Positions 35,363 through 44,986 of a DNA stretch of 64,000 nucleotides are shown here, one piece after another. The first letter of the stretch is position 1; every line of letters begins with the position of its first letter. The notes below the pieces were generated by a model. It searched no databases and was not told where the DNA came from. It worked only from the letters and a program-made list of their open reading frames with translations. Source of the DNA: Acidimicrobiales bacterium (GTDB lineage: Bacteria; Actinomycetota; Acidimicrobiia; Acidimicrobiales; JBBSGY01); contig JBGAQY010000004.1 of assembly GCA_044220495.1 (NCBI GenBank), positions 11,069-75,068 of the forward strand, in the 5' to 3' direction. The position numbers and the translations under genes were made by a program.

Positions 35363-37288
35363 GTGATCCTCATTGAGTTGCAAGATGCTGTGCGTCGAAA
35401 GTTTCACCTTGAGTTTCATCCGCGACTCACCGTTATTCCAGGGCTCGCTGAAGATCAGCGCGGTGATCTCATTCGACACATCACGACAGCTTTTGATGGC
35501 AAGCAAGTCGAGATGGCATTCAATGTTGACGTTGGTGGACAGCCACAACCCTTGACGCCCGCGTTGATGATGGCGATTGGGCTCGCCAACAGCGGCATCG
35601 ACAACGTGATGGGGCCGGCCGACCTGCCTGGTGCTCGCATTCCTGGTGTCGCTGGCGCGCCCAGTGAGCCGGTGGTTCCGGCGTCAGAGGCCACCGCGCG
35701 CGACGCGGAGATTTCCTCAGTGCGTACCGAGATCGCGCGCTTAGAACGTCAGCGCGATGAGCTGGCGGTTGAAATACAACGCACACGCGACTCAACCGAT
35801 GATGACGACGTGCAAACACTCGATAACGCGCAGCGCGAGTTTGCTGCGGCTGATGTTCGCGTCGGTGAGCTGAAACGCGCGTTGGGTGAAGCGTCAGAAC
35901 GTGAACCGAGTGAAGACAAACGCGAACGCCTGTTGCGTGTGCGCGAAGCAATCGAAAGCAAGCTCGAAGATCTAAAGGCTGAACTAGCGCAACCTGTTCC
36001 CGACACCGAACCGGTTTGGCTTGCTTGGAACGCGGCCAATGATGCGCGCGAGGGCGACGGGTTGGCAGCCCTTCCAATCGGTAGTGCTGCGATTGCTGAA
36101 GAATGGGCGGCGAAACAAAAGGCGGTTCGTCGACTGCAAGAAGATGTAGCGCCCCCCGCTTGGTTGCTGCAACAGGTGCAAGACGAATACGACGAAGCAT
36201 TGGCTCGTCTCACGGCCATGCGTATTCAGAGCAGTGAAGACATCGACGTGGGTACGCAACTCGCCAAGGCAGAGACCCGTTTTGCCGACGCCGAGGCGGC
36301 ACTGGTCGAGCTGAAGTCAAGTAATGACGACGAAGTTGCAAGCCTTCGGGCCGAGATAGCTCACCTGAAGCAGCAGGCGGTTGCGCTACTCGGTGATGAT
36401 CCAGGCGATGATCAACTCGAAGCAGCGTTACTAGAACACGCGCGCACAACTCCGCCCGTGCTCACGCCTATGCAAGCCCTTCAGGCTGCTTTGGCCGAAG
36501 TGGGGCGAATGGTTGCCGAAGAAGACGCCCTTCAGAAGGGCGCCGCTTGGCTTGATGAAGTTCGCGTAGCAATCGAGCGCAAAGCCGTTGTTCAAGAAGA
36601 GTTTGCCGCTGCGACCCTTGACTACGGCGATGTGAAAGCGCAACTAGCCGCGCTCGACGAAGTGAGCACTTTGGGCTTGGATGTCGACGAGGCGGGGCTC
36701 CGCGACGCGCTTGTTCAAGCTGAAGCAGATCTTCAAGCGGCAGTCGAAAAGCGCACCCGTGCGCGTGACTCTATTGATCAAGGTCGGTCAGATGTGGCCG
36801 AGCGCATTGCCGAACTTCAACGAGAACATGAATCTACGTCGACAGAATTGGCGAGAGCGCTAGAAGAACTTGAAGATTTGATGTCGGCACAGGCATCAAA
36901 TCTTGTTGCTCAACACGGTGCGTCGAGTGATCGTCAAGACCGTCCGTGGTGGGAGGGTGGCGGCGCAAAGTTCGAGCGCCGGCGTACACCCAAGAAGTAT
37001 TCAGGTGTTGTTGACGTTTCTCACGTTTCTGTCGACGACGTCGGTCTTTACGTGTTGTCGCGAGCTGCGGGTCTGCGGCGAGCAGGGCGAAGTGAAAGTG
37101 TTCCCTTGATAATCGATGCCGCTTTTGACGGTTTAGGGGCGCACGCAGTGACCACTCTTCTCGATGCATTGCTGAGAGTGGCGCCGATTGTGCAGATCAT
37201 CTACTTCTCCACAAGCCGAGTTGCAGAAGAGTGGGCAACGCGCCAAGACGAGATGATGGTGGCCGTTTGCCGGCCCGAACCGCTCTGA
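35363..37288 (+). CDS. SMC/Rad50/RecN-like coiled-coil protein with degenerate Walker A/B motifs
   Basis: 641 aa with a GTG start. The N-terminus FHLEFHPRLTVIPGLAEDQRGDLIRHI occupies the position where GxxGxGKS/T is expected. About 450 aa of heptad-rich Ala/Glu/Leu/Arg sequence follows. The C-terminus has VPLIIDAAFDGLG...IVQIIYFS where Walker B and the D-loop are expected. Confidence 0.55.
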   Translation: MILIELQDAVRRKFHLEFHPRLTVIPGLAEDQRGDLIRHITTAFDGKQVEMAFNVDVGGQPQPLTPALMMAIGLANSGIDNVMGPADLPGARIPGVAGAPSEPVVPASEATARDAEISSVRTEIARLERQRDELAVEIQRTRDSTDDDDVQTLDNAQREFAAADVRVGELKRALGEASEREPSEDKRERLLRVREAIESKLEDLKAELAQPVPDTEPVWLAWNAANDAREGDGLAALPIGSAAIAEEWAAKQKAVRRLQEDVAPPAWLLQQVQDEYDEALARLTAMRIQSSEDIDVGTQLAKAETRFADAEAALVELKSSNDDEVASLRAEIAHLKQQAVALLGDDPGDDQLEAALLEHARTTPPVLTPMQALQAALAEVGRMVAEEDALQKGAAWLDEVRVAIERKAVVQEEFAAATLDYGDVKAQLAALDEVSTLGLDVDEAGLRDALVQAEADLQAAVEKRTRARDSIDQGRSDVAERIAELQREHESTSTELARALEELEDLMSAQASNLVAQHGASSDRQDRPWWEGGGAKFERRRTPKKYSGVVDVSHVSVDDVGLYVLSRAAGLRRAGRSESVPLIIDAAFDGLGAHAVTTLLDALLRVAPIVQIIYFSTSRVAEEWATRQDEMMVAVCRPEPL

Positions 37289-37368
37289 AGCTTGCAGGTG
37301 AAATTACCGATGGTGGAAGTGTTTTTTGGCGGTTAACCTCGGGTAATCAAACCCCCGGAGGTGGTCGA

Positions 37369-38508
37369 GTGACAGATCTCAGCGCCGAACTGGTACAGCG
37401 TCTCGCACGATATGGAGCAGGCGAAAATCCCGTTGTTTCGCTCTTCTTGAATATCGATGGAAGGCAAAAGGTTCGACCGGAGGATTACCGACTTCACCTC
37501 GAAGCGATGCTGAAGGATGCGTTAGAGAAGTCACCGGCAAAGTCGGCGCAAGCTGTGCTCACACGAATTTCTGATTTCGTTACCAACGAGTTCGAGCGTC
37601 AAAACATGCGCGGACTCGCAATCTTTGGTTGCGGCGACGAACTCTGGGAAGTGGTTGTGTTGCCAGTTCCCGTCGACGATCAACTTGTTGTCAACCGCAC
37701 GCCTTACATTCGACCGCTCGAAACGATTCTCGACGAATACGAAAGCGTCGGTGTGTTGCTAACTGACAAACAGCGCGCGCGGGTGTTGGTGATCGAGCTT
37801 GGTCGCATTGTCGAGCGTTCTGAAATATTCGATCCGTTGCCGCGTCACGATGACGACAAAGGCGACTGGCGCAAAGATCACGTCAAGGCTCATTCGACCG
37901 TTGCTGCGCAACATCACTTCCGTAACGCGGCGCAGGCAATGTTTGACCTCTATCAACGTCGTCCGTTTCAACACGTTTTGTTGTGCGTGGCTGAAGAGTC
38001 GACGCCAGAACTCGAGCGTCAGCTGCATGCGTACCTTCGCAACCGTGTGATCGGTCGTTGCAACCTTGGTGTCAATGCAACTGACGACGATGTGATTGCT
38101 ACTGCCTTTGAGTTCGCACAAAGGGCCGAGCGCAAGCAAGAGTCTGAGTTCGTCTCGAAGTTGCGCGCCGGCGTGGCATCAAACGCGGCAGCAGGGCGCA
38201 CCAACGGCAATTCGATCGGCGCGGTGGCGGGGCTCGAACACACGTTAAATGCGGTCTTTGAAAAGCGGGTGGATACGTTGCTGGTCTCTGAGGGCTACGC
38301 CGCCGAAGGCTGGCGTTGTACTTCATGTTCGTACATCGCAACGATGGGCCGTAAGTGCCGTATGTGCGGGTCAGAGATGTCTTTGGTCGAAGATGTGGTC
38401 GAAGAAGCCGTCGAAGATGCGCTTGGCCAGAGCTGCCGTGTCGAATTTTGTTCAGAAAATGCTGACCTAGATGTCCTCGGTCGCATCGGAGCCTTGTTAC
38501 GTTTCTGA
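37369..38508 (+). CDS. archaeo-eukaryotic release factor (eRF1/Pelota)-like protein with Zn-ribbon insert
   Basis: 379 aa from GTG 37369, with GGAGG 9 nt upstream. The C-terminal domain has GLEHTLNAVFEKRVDTLLVSEGY and the terminal ...DVLGRIGALLRF, matching the eRF1_3/Pelota domain-3 hallmarks. A CTSC-x9-CRMC knuckle lies between them. No GGQ motif is visible. Confidence 0.65.
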   Translation: MTDLSAELVQRLARYGAGENPVVSLFLNIDGRQKVRPEDYRLHLEAMLKDALEKSPAKSAQAVLTRISDFVTNEFERQNMRGLAIFGCGDELWEVVVLPVPVDDQLVVNRTPYIRPLETILDEYESVGVLLTDKQRARVLVIELGRIVERSEIFDPLPRHDDDKGDWRKDHVKAHSTVAAQHHFRNAAQAMFDLYQRRPFQHVLLCVAEESTPELERQLHAYLRNRVIGRCNLGVNATDDDVIATAFEFAQRAERKQESEFVSKLRAGVASNAAAGRTNGNSIGAVAGLEHTLNAVFEKRVDTLLVSEGYAAEGWRCTSCSYIATMGRKCRMCGSEMSLVEDVVEEAVEDALGQSCRVEFCSENADLDVLGRIGALLRF

Positions 38509-38509
38509 C

Positions 38510-39481
38510 GTGACCTCAAAATCGATCGATCTCGCGGTGGGTGTGGACTTCGGCGGCACCAAGGTCTTGGGCACCCTTGTCGACCCTCAGGGCAACATCG
38601 TGGCCGAGCAGCGGGTTCGCACCCCTTACGACGGCGACCAGCTGATCGAGGTAATGACCGAGCTAGTTGGCGCCTTTGAAGAGAAGGCTGGTGGTCCCGT
38701 TGCCGGCATTGGCGTCGGGGCTGCTGGCTTGGTCGATCGCAATGGCGTTCTGCACTACGGCCCTAATGTTGGTGGTGTTACCGACGTTGATCTCAAGAGC
38801 GGCATAGAAGCGCGGTTGCCGGGCAAAACAGTTGTGATCGACAACGATGCCAACGTTGCTACCTGGGCCGAACATCTTTTCGGCGCTGGTAAAGGCGCGC
38901 GAGAGATGGTCATGGTGACGCTCGGCACCGGTATCGGTGGCGGAATTGTCGTCGGTGGCCAACTGTTTCGTGGATACAACGGGTTCGCAGCCGAAGTCGG
39001 ACACATGACTCTGGTTGCCGGCGGTGTGCAGTGCGCGTGTGGCAAGCAAGGTTGTTGGGAGGCTTATGCATCAGGGCGCGCCCTGGGCCGTCTCGGTCGT
39101 GATGCGGCTGAAGATGCAGCCTTCCCGCGTGCGATCGAACTAGCGGGAAGTATCGATGCCATTCGCGGCGAACACGTGACTGCTGCTGCGCGCGAAAAAG
39201 ATCCCACCGCTCTCGCTGTGCTCGATGAGTTCTCACGTTGGTTGGCAATTGGCGTTACCAACCTCATCGCGTTGTTCGATCCGCAGACCGTTGTGATTGG
39301 TGGGGGATTGGCCGAAGAAAGCGAGCTCTTTCTCGACTCTGCCAAGCGGCACCTCGCCGATCTCACTTTTGGTTCTACCAACCGTCCCGAAGTGCCACTT
39401 GTCGTTGCCACGTTGGGCGAACGCGCCGGAGCGATTGGCGCCGCAATGACTGTGCACGGATACCAAATCTCAGAAGTGTGA
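38510..39481 (+). CDS. ROK-family glucokinase
   Basis: GTG start immediately after the upstream stop. Contains VGVDFGGTKV, GTGIGGGIV and the ROK zinc motif GHMTL...CACGKQGCWEAYASG. Confidence 0.85.
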   Translation: MTSKSIDLAVGVDFGGTKVLGTLVDPQGNIVAEQRVRTPYDGDQLIEVMTELVGAFEEKAGGPVAGIGVGAAGLVDRNGVLHYGPNVGGVTDVDLKSGIEARLPGKTVVIDNDANVATWAEHLFGAGKGAREMVMVTLGTGIGGGIVVGGQLFRGYNGFAAEVGHMTLVAGGVQCACGKQGCWEAYASGRALGRLGRDAAEDAAFPRAIELAGSIDAIRGEHVTAAAREKDPTALAVLDEFSRWLAIGVTNLIALFDPQTVVIGGGLAEESELFLDSAKRHLADLTFGSTNRPEVPLVVATLGERAGAIGAAMTVHGYQISEV

Positions 39482-40182
39482 AGCTCGGGGTTCTAGTCCC
39501 ACAGTTGCGCGACAATCACCGCGCCGCGCTTGAGACTGCAAAACGAGCCGAAGATTGCGGCCTCGATGGTGTGTTCGTGTTCGATCACCTTTGGCCGCCC
39601 GGGTCGCCAAGCGGAAACGCTCTGTCAACGTTTCCGCTGTTAGGGGCCATCGCTGGCGCTACACGTTCTGTGACGGTCGGCACCCTTGTTGCGCGTGTTG
39701 GAATAGTTCACAACGACGCACTTACAAACGAGTTTCGCTCGGTCATCGACATTGCGGGGTCGCGACTGTTGGCCGGCCTTGGCACCGGCGACCGCATGAA
39801 TCGTCCCGAGGATGATGAATACGGTGTGCCGCATCTCACTTTCGATCGACGCGTCGAGTTGCTAAACGAAGCTTGCGAGCAATTGGTGAGTGAAGGCGTG
39901 CGCGTCTGGTTGGCCGGATCGTCAGAAGCGGTGCGCACTGCGGCCGAACTGCACGGCGTGCCAGTTCACTTGTGGCAGCCGGGTGAAGAACGATTGGCTG
40001 TTGGTGGATTGCGTCCGTTTACGTGGGGCGGCTTTGTTGAAGGCTCGGCCGACGAGATCGCTGTTCAGTTGAACCATCCGCTGCGAGCGGGCGCAAGTTG
40101 GAGTGTTTGTGCAACAAAAGGCGGGACCGACACCCCGGGATTTATCGAGAAGTTGATGTTGGCAAAAGCCCGTCTCGGGTAG
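39478..40182 (+). CDS. luciferase-like monooxygenase (LLM) family oxidoreductase
   Basis: The GTG start overlaps the glucokinase stop (GTGA). Contains KLGVLVPQ...[16 protein letters not shown]...LGTGDRMN, typical of LLM/F420-dependent enzymes. It is short at 234 aa. Confidence 0.65.
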   Translation: MKLGVLVPQLRDNHRAALETAKRAEDCGLDGVFVFDHLWPPGSPSGNALSTFPLLGAIAGATRSVTVGTLVARVGIVHNDALTNEFRSVIDIAGSRLLAGLGTGDRMNRPEDDEYGVPHLTFDRRVELLNEACEQLVSEGVRVWLAGSSEAVRTAAELHGVPVHLWQPGEERLAVGGLRPFTWGGFVEGSADEIAVQLNHPLRAGASWSVCATKGGTDTPGFIEKLMLAKARLG

Positions 40183-40202
40183 CGGCGCACTACATTGCCT
40201 TT

Positions 40203-41378
40203 ATGCAATTCCGTCGAATTAACGACCTGCCGCCGTACGTTTTCACAATCATCAATCAGCTGAAAATCGACGAGCGTCGCGCCGGTGCCGATGTTGTCGA
40301 TCTTGGATTCGGTAATCCCGACATTCCGTCGTCGCCCGTTGCCGTTGAGAAGTTGATTGAAGCGGCTCAAAACGGCCGCAACCATCGCTACTCGTTGAGT
40401 CGAGGCATTCCCAAACTGCGCGAGGCCGTTGCTGCGCGTTACTCACGACAATTCAACGTTGAGCTCGACCCAGAAACCGAAGTCATTGCGACCATCGGTG
40501 CCAAAGAAGGTTTGTCGCATTTGATGTGGGTGACATGCGAGCCGGGTGACGTAGCCATGGTGCCTACGCCGTCATATCCAATACACATCTACGCACCGCT
40601 GTTTGCTGGCGCGCAGGTGCGTCACGTTCGCATGGGCCCTGGCGTTGACTTTGTTGCAAACATGAAAGAGGCGTGGGAGACCAGCCACCCCAAGCCGCGC
40701 GTTGCCATCGTGTCGTTCCCGCACAATCCGACAACCTATTGCGTCGATCTTGCTGAGATGACCGCAATTGTTGACTTCGCTCGTGAGCACGACATGTTGT
40801 TGGTGCACGATTTTGCTTATTCCGACAATGGTTTCGACGGCTACCAACCGCCATCAATACTCCAAGTTCCCGGCGCAAAAGATGTTGCGGTAGAGCTTTG
40901 GACGACCACAAAGAGTTTTTCGATGGCCGGCTGGCGTATGGCGTTCATGGTGGGTAACGCAGAAGTTGTTGCTGCATTGGCCAAGTTGAAGAGCTACCTC
41001 GATTACGGAACGTTCCAACCAATCCAGATCGCAACAACAGTTGTGATGAATGAAGACCCTGACTATCCAAAAGAAGTGAACGCGATTTACCAGTCGCGTC
41101 GCGATGTTTTGTGCGACGGCCTGAAGCGCATCGGCTGGGACATTGAAAAGCCACGCGGGTCGATGTTTGTCTGGGCCCCAATTCCTGAGCCTTATCTCGA
41201 GCTCGGTTCGATTGAGTTCGCCAAGTTGCTCATTACTGAAGCCAAGGTCGCAACGTCGGTTGGCGTGGGCTTTGGTCCTGGGGGCGAAGGTGCCGTGCGC
41301 TTTGCCTTGATCGAAAACGAACAGCGCATTCATCAAGCACTTCGGGGCATGAAGAAGGCACTAACAAAACTGACATGA
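40203..41378 (+). CDS. class I/II PLP-dependent aminotransferase (COG0436, AlaC/AspC-like)
   Basis: Contains [21 protein letters not shown]...[10 protein letters not shown] and the PLP-lysine region [13 protein letters not shown] chose ATG 40203 over the track start at 40098. Confidence 0.85.
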   Translation: MQFRRINDLPPYVFTIINQLKIDERRAGADVVDLGFGNPDIPSSPVAVEKLIEAAQNGRNHRYSLSRGIPKLREAVAARYSRQFNVELDPETEVIATIGAKEGLSHLMWVTCEPGDVAMVPTPSYPIHIYAPLFAGAQVRHVRMGPGVDFVANMKEAWETSHPKPRVAIVSFPHNPTTYCVDLAEMTAIVDFAREHDMLLVHDFAYSDNGFDGYQPPSILQVPGAKDVAVELWTTTKSFSMAGWRMAFMVGNAEVVAALAKLKSYLDYGTFQPIQIATTVVMNEDPDYPKEVNAIYQSRRDVLCDGLKRIGWDIEKPRGSMFVWAPIPEPYLELGSIEFAKLLITEAKVATSVGVGFGPGGEGAVRFALIENEQRIHQALRGMKKALTKLT

Positions 41379-42022
41379 AGCGTTACGTGCTGCGGCTGTG
41401 GTTGCCCGATGTGCCTGGTGCGCTCGGTCGAGTTGCGGGTGCTTTGGGCTCCGTCGATGCGTCTCTCACAGGCATTGACATTCTCGATCGTGGTGCTGGC
41501 TGGGCCATTGACGAACTTGTTGTCGAGTTGGCAAATAACAGCGCGTCAGTTGATCAATTGGTTGACGCGATTTCACAAGTCGAGGGCGTCAAAATCGAAG
41601 ACATTCGCGCCGCTCCGTCGGATCCCGTCGACCCGCGTGTTGATGCACTTGAATCTGCTGCACAACTGATCGAACAGCGAAGCGCGAGCTCTTTGCGCGA
41701 AATGTTGGTCGATCATGTCTTGCATGACCTTTCGGCTGACTGGGTTGCACTCAGTCGACTAGACGCTGAAGACACAGTTATTGCGCGCGGCGCTCCGCCG
41801 AGTGCAGCGTGGCTGAGTGCGTTCGTTGCTGGCAGTCGTTCGGCGGGAGCAAGTCAAAATCGTGAGCATGGGCCGTCAGATATTGCATGGGCCGAGCTCA
41901 CCAACGATGCAGCCGCTTTGATCGTCGGGCGTGATGGCCGACCTTTCCATGCACGCGAGCGGCGGCAACTTGATGCTCTGGTTCGCATAGCCGATCAAAG
42001 GCTCAGTGACCTCTCAGCGTGA
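41375..42022 (+). CDS. ACT domain protein with C-terminal GAF-like region
   Basis: 215 aa. The N-terminal ACT-like fold motif is [20 protein letters not shown]. The ATG overlaps the aminotransferase stop (ATGA). Confidence 0.55.
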   Translation: MKRYVLRLWLPDVPGALGRVAGALGSVDASLTGIDILDRGAGWAIDELVVELANNSASVDQLVDAISQVEGVKIEDIRAAPSDPVDPRVDALESAAQLIEQRSASSLREMLVDHVLHDLSADWVALSRLDAEDTVIARGAPPSAAWLSAFVAGSRSAGASQNREHGPSDIAWAELTNDAAALIVGRDGRPFHARERRQLDALVRIADQRLSDLSA

Positions 42023-42419
42023 TAGCTGCAGGCCAACGACTGCTGTGAGTGGAGCTTGTCTTCATCTGTTAACGATTTCGTTATTGCAACCGGCGAGCTG
42101 ATCGGAAAGACTGGCGACAGCAAGAACAAGTACCCCAGTTTTGGGAGAGTGCATGAGATTGCAAAGCGCAAAAATGGCAACACCGGTCTTTCGAAGACAT
42201 ATCTTCGAGCACCTGAGGTCTCCTCCGCTTCGAGAATGAGGGCAGAGCGTCAGCTCTTACGTCTTGAGTGTTCGAATGTGCTGAGTCCCGAACATCTGGC
42301 TGTCTTTGGGCAACCTTCGGTGTCCGTATGAAGCCCCAAACCAAGTTCGGTTAACCGGTGCGAAGAACACTGACCCACTTGATGAATTATTCCCTTGACT
42401 CTGTGAAGGAGAATGTGTG

Positions 42420-42455
42420 AAAAGAGGGCGCCTTCGGGCGCCCTCTTTTTGTTTG
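42420..42455 (+). terminator. rho-independent terminator
   Basis: A perfect 10-bp GC-rich stem, agagggcgcc/ggcgccctct, with a UUCG tetraloop (42423-42446), is followed by tttttgtttg. An A-run upstream makes it potentially bidirectional. Confidence 0.8.
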
Positions 42456-42523
42456 TGGGATTACTCGGCCAGGTGGGTACTGTTCTTTCATTCACAGATG
42501 TCAATGACAGTTAAGGAGTCATT

Positions 42524-43027
42524 TTGCCCACTCATTTCACGCTCCCCGGGATGACGCAAGAGAACGGCGACAAGGTTGCAGAGATCTTGCAAGGCCGTTT
42601 GAGCGCATTGATCGATACTCAATTGACGCTCAAGCACATCCACTGGAATGTGGTCGGTGCCAACTTCATTGGTGTTCATGAAATGCTCGATCCGCAGTAC
42701 GCCGCAGTGAGCGAAATGTCTGACGTGATCGCCGAACGCATTGCTGCACTTGGACATGAGCCGATGGGTACACCAGGTTTCGTCGCCAAGAACCGCACGT
42801 GGGATGACTATTCGCTTGGCCGCGCTCGCACCATGGAGCACCTGCACGCGCTCGACCAGGTCTACGCGGGGTTGATTGGCGACCATCGCAAAGCAATGAG
42901 CGAACTCGACGACCTCGACATGGTCTCGCAAGACGTGATCATTGGTCAGCTCGAGACACTCGAGAACTTCCACTGGTTCGTGCGCGCACACCTTGAAGAC
43001 GACAAAGGCAACATCACCGCCGGCTGA
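42524..43027 (+). CDS. dps: Dps-family DNA-binding ferritin-like protein
   Basis: 167 aa with a TTG start, 6 nt after AAGGAG. Contains LKHIHWNVVGANFIGVHEMLDPQ and the ferroxidase-site residues. Confidence 0.9.
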   Translation: MPTHFTLPGMTQENGDKVAEILQGRLSALIDTQLTLKHIHWNVVGANFIGVHEMLDPQYAAVSEMSDVIAERIAALGHEPMGTPGFVAKNRTWDDYSLGRARTMEHLHALDQVYAGLIGDHRKAMSELDDLDMVSQDVIIGQLETLENFHWFVRAHLEDDKGNITAG

Positions 43028-43030
43028 TAT

Positions 43031-43561
43031 CTACTTGAGCATCGCAGTTCGGTAGTACTTCAGTTCTTCGATGCTCTCGCGTATGTCGTCGAGCGCCCTG
43101 TGAGTGGTCTGTTTCTCCGGGGCGCTCGCCAGCACATCTGGATACCAACGACGAGCTAGTTCTTTGAGCGTCGACACGTCTACTGATCGGTAGTGCAAAA
43201 ACTCTTCGATTTCGTGCCAGTGTGTTGATAGGAATCTACGGTCGGTTCCAATCGAATTGCCCGCAAGCGGAACGGTGCGCGCTTCGGGTATGTACTTCTT
43301 GAGAAACGCCATCGTTTCGCGACGTGCGTCGCTCTCGCTGTTTGGTGATGCTTTGATCGCGTCGACTAGTCCACTGGTCGTGTGCATCTTGCGGACGAAG
43401 TCGTCCATGGTTGAGAGTTCTTCGTCGGTTCGTTTGATCACGATGTCGGGACCAAGTGCAACAACATTTAGATCGTCATCGGTGACGATGGTGGCAACCT
43501 CGACAATGCAGTGGTGCTGAGGGTCGAGGCCGGTCATTTCAAGGTCCATCCAGGCGAGCAT
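43031..43561 (-). CDS. orn: oligoribonuclease
   Basis: 176 aa of the DEDDh exonuclease type, with LAWMDLEMTGLD, GNSIGTDRRFL and HRALDDIRESI motifs. Confidence 0.9.
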   Translation of the reverse strand: MLAWMDLEMTGLDPQHHCIVEVATIVTDDDLNVVALGPDIVIKRTDEELSTMDDFVRKMHTTSGLVDAIKASPNSESDARRETMAFLKKYIPEARTVPLAGNSIGTDRRFLSTHWHEIEEFLHYRSVDVSTLKELARRWYPDVLASAPEKQTTHRALDDIRESIEELKYYRTAMLK

Positions 43562-43643
43562 GCACCGCAGCGTAGGCGTTCATCGCTGTATCGACGCGTA
43601 CACGGTTAGCCGTTCAAAGCCGCTAGCCGTCTAGAATTCGTGC

Positions 43644-44105
43644 GTGATTACGATCTTTGTGAAACGTCTTGTTGATGATGACCTGGCTCTGCCGTCCTAT
43701 GCCCGTTTAGGTGACGCCGGGGCCGACCTGATAGCAGCCGAGCCCGCCGAACTCGCACCAAATGGGGGTCGCGCGTTGATTCCCACTGGTGTTGCCATTG
43801 CGATTCCACACGGTTATGCAGGTTTCGTTCAGCCTCGAAGCGGCCTTGCCGCGAAACACGGCGTGACTGTTTTAAACAGTCCCGGCCTTATCGACGCTGG
43901 TTACAGGGGAGAGCTCAAGGTTGCCCTTATCAACACCGACCCAACGGCGGTGTTCAAGATCGAGCGCGGCGACCGCATTGCGCAGCTTGTTGTGCAGGCT
44001 GTCGAAGAAGCTGAGTTTTCGGTTGTAGACGAGTTGCCTCAAGATGAAGAGACGCCGGGTGGTCGCGCAATTCGTGGTGCCGGTGGGTTCGGTCACAGCG
44101 GCTAG
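43644..44105 (+). CDS. dut: dUTP diphosphatase
   Basis: 153 aa with a GTG start. Contains GDAGADL, PRSGLAAKHG, GLIDAGYRGE and a C-terminal RGAGGFGHSG. Confidence 0.9.
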   Translation: MITIFVKRLVDDDLALPSYARLGDAGADLIAAEPAELAPNGGRALIPTGVAIAIPHGYAGFVQPRSGLAAKHGVTVLNSPGLIDAGYRGELKVALINTDPTAVFKIERGDRIAQLVVQAVEEAEFSVVDELPQDEETPGGRAIRGAGGFGHSG

Positions 44106-44110
44106 TAAGC

Positions 44111-44986
44111 ATGCCTGAGCTCCCCGAGGTCGAGTCGTTGCGCGTGTTTATGGCGCAACGCGTTGTGGGGCTCACCATCACGCGCGTCGAGCTAGCTGCG
44201 TTCTCTGCGCTCAAGACATTCGCCCCGCCGCTCGAGGGCTTGATTGGTCGACGCGTCAGTGATGCAGAGAGGCGCGGCAAACACGTCATCCTCAAAACAG
44301 AGTCTGACGACAGCGCTGCGGTGTATCTGGTTACGCACCTGGCGCGAGGCGGGTGGATGCAGTGGCGAGAAGAACTTACGAAAACGCGCGCAAAGCCCGG
44401 CAAAGGTCCACTTGCATTGCGCGTCGGCTTTTCTGACGGCTCGGGCGTCGACATCACCGAGGCGGGCACTGAGAAGCGACTCGCGGTCTGGGTCGTCAAC
44501 TCGGTTGATGACATTGAAAACGTGAAGACCCTTGGCCCCGATCCTCTCGAACTGCGAGGAGACGTTGAGCACATCGCCCGCATCCTCAAGTCAAACAAAG
44601 GTCAGATCAAGAAAGTTCTCACTGACCAGCGAGTGTTGGCCGGTGTAGGGAACGCCTACTCAGATGAGGCGCTGCATGTCGCCCGACTTTCGCCGTTCAA
44701 GGCGGCTGACAAGCTCTCTGACGACGAGGCCCAAGCTCTCGCTGCGGCCCTTGTAGAGGTGCTCAGCGACGCTGTGAAGCGTTCTGAAGACGTGCCTGTA
44801 TCGGGGCTGAAGTCTGAGAAGAAGTCGGGCATGCGGGTTCACGGGCGGGCTGGTCAGCAATGTCCGGTTTGCGGCGATACGGTGCGAGAGGTGTCGTTTG
44901 CCACGAAGTCACTCCAGTACTGCCCAACTTGTCAGACTGGTGGCAAGCCCTTGGCCGACCGAAGAATGTCGAGGCTATTGAAATGA
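44111..44986 (+). CDS. Fpg/Nei-family DNA glycosylase/AP lyase
   Basis: 291 aa, with the N-terminal MPELPEVE catalytic motif and a C-terminal zinc finger CPVCG...YCPTCQ. Confidence 0.85.
   Translation: MPELPEVESLRVFMAQRVVGLTITRVELAAFSALKTFAPPLEGLIGRRVSDAERRGKHVILKTESDDSAAVYLVTHLARGGWMQWREELTKTRAKPGKGPLALRVGFSDGSGVDITEAGTEKRLAVWVVNSVDDIENVKTLGPDPLELRGDVEHIARILKSNKGQIKKVLTDQRVLAGVGNAYSDEALHVARLSPFKAADKLSDDEAQALAAALVEVLSDAVKRSEDVPVSGLKSEKKSGMRVHGRAGQQCPVCGDTVREVSFATKSLQYCPTCQTGGKPLADRRMSRLLK

Noticed and set aside
37231-37368. Upstream ATG extension of the eRF1-like ORF
   Set aside because: It would overlap the preceding gene by 58 nt. GTG 37369 has a GGAGG 9 nt upstream, and the conserved sequence begins there.
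42413-42514. 33-aa ORF after an AAGGAG sequence
   Set aside because: The SD-like sequence ends 1 nt before the ATG, which is too close. The ORF also runs through the terminator hairpin.
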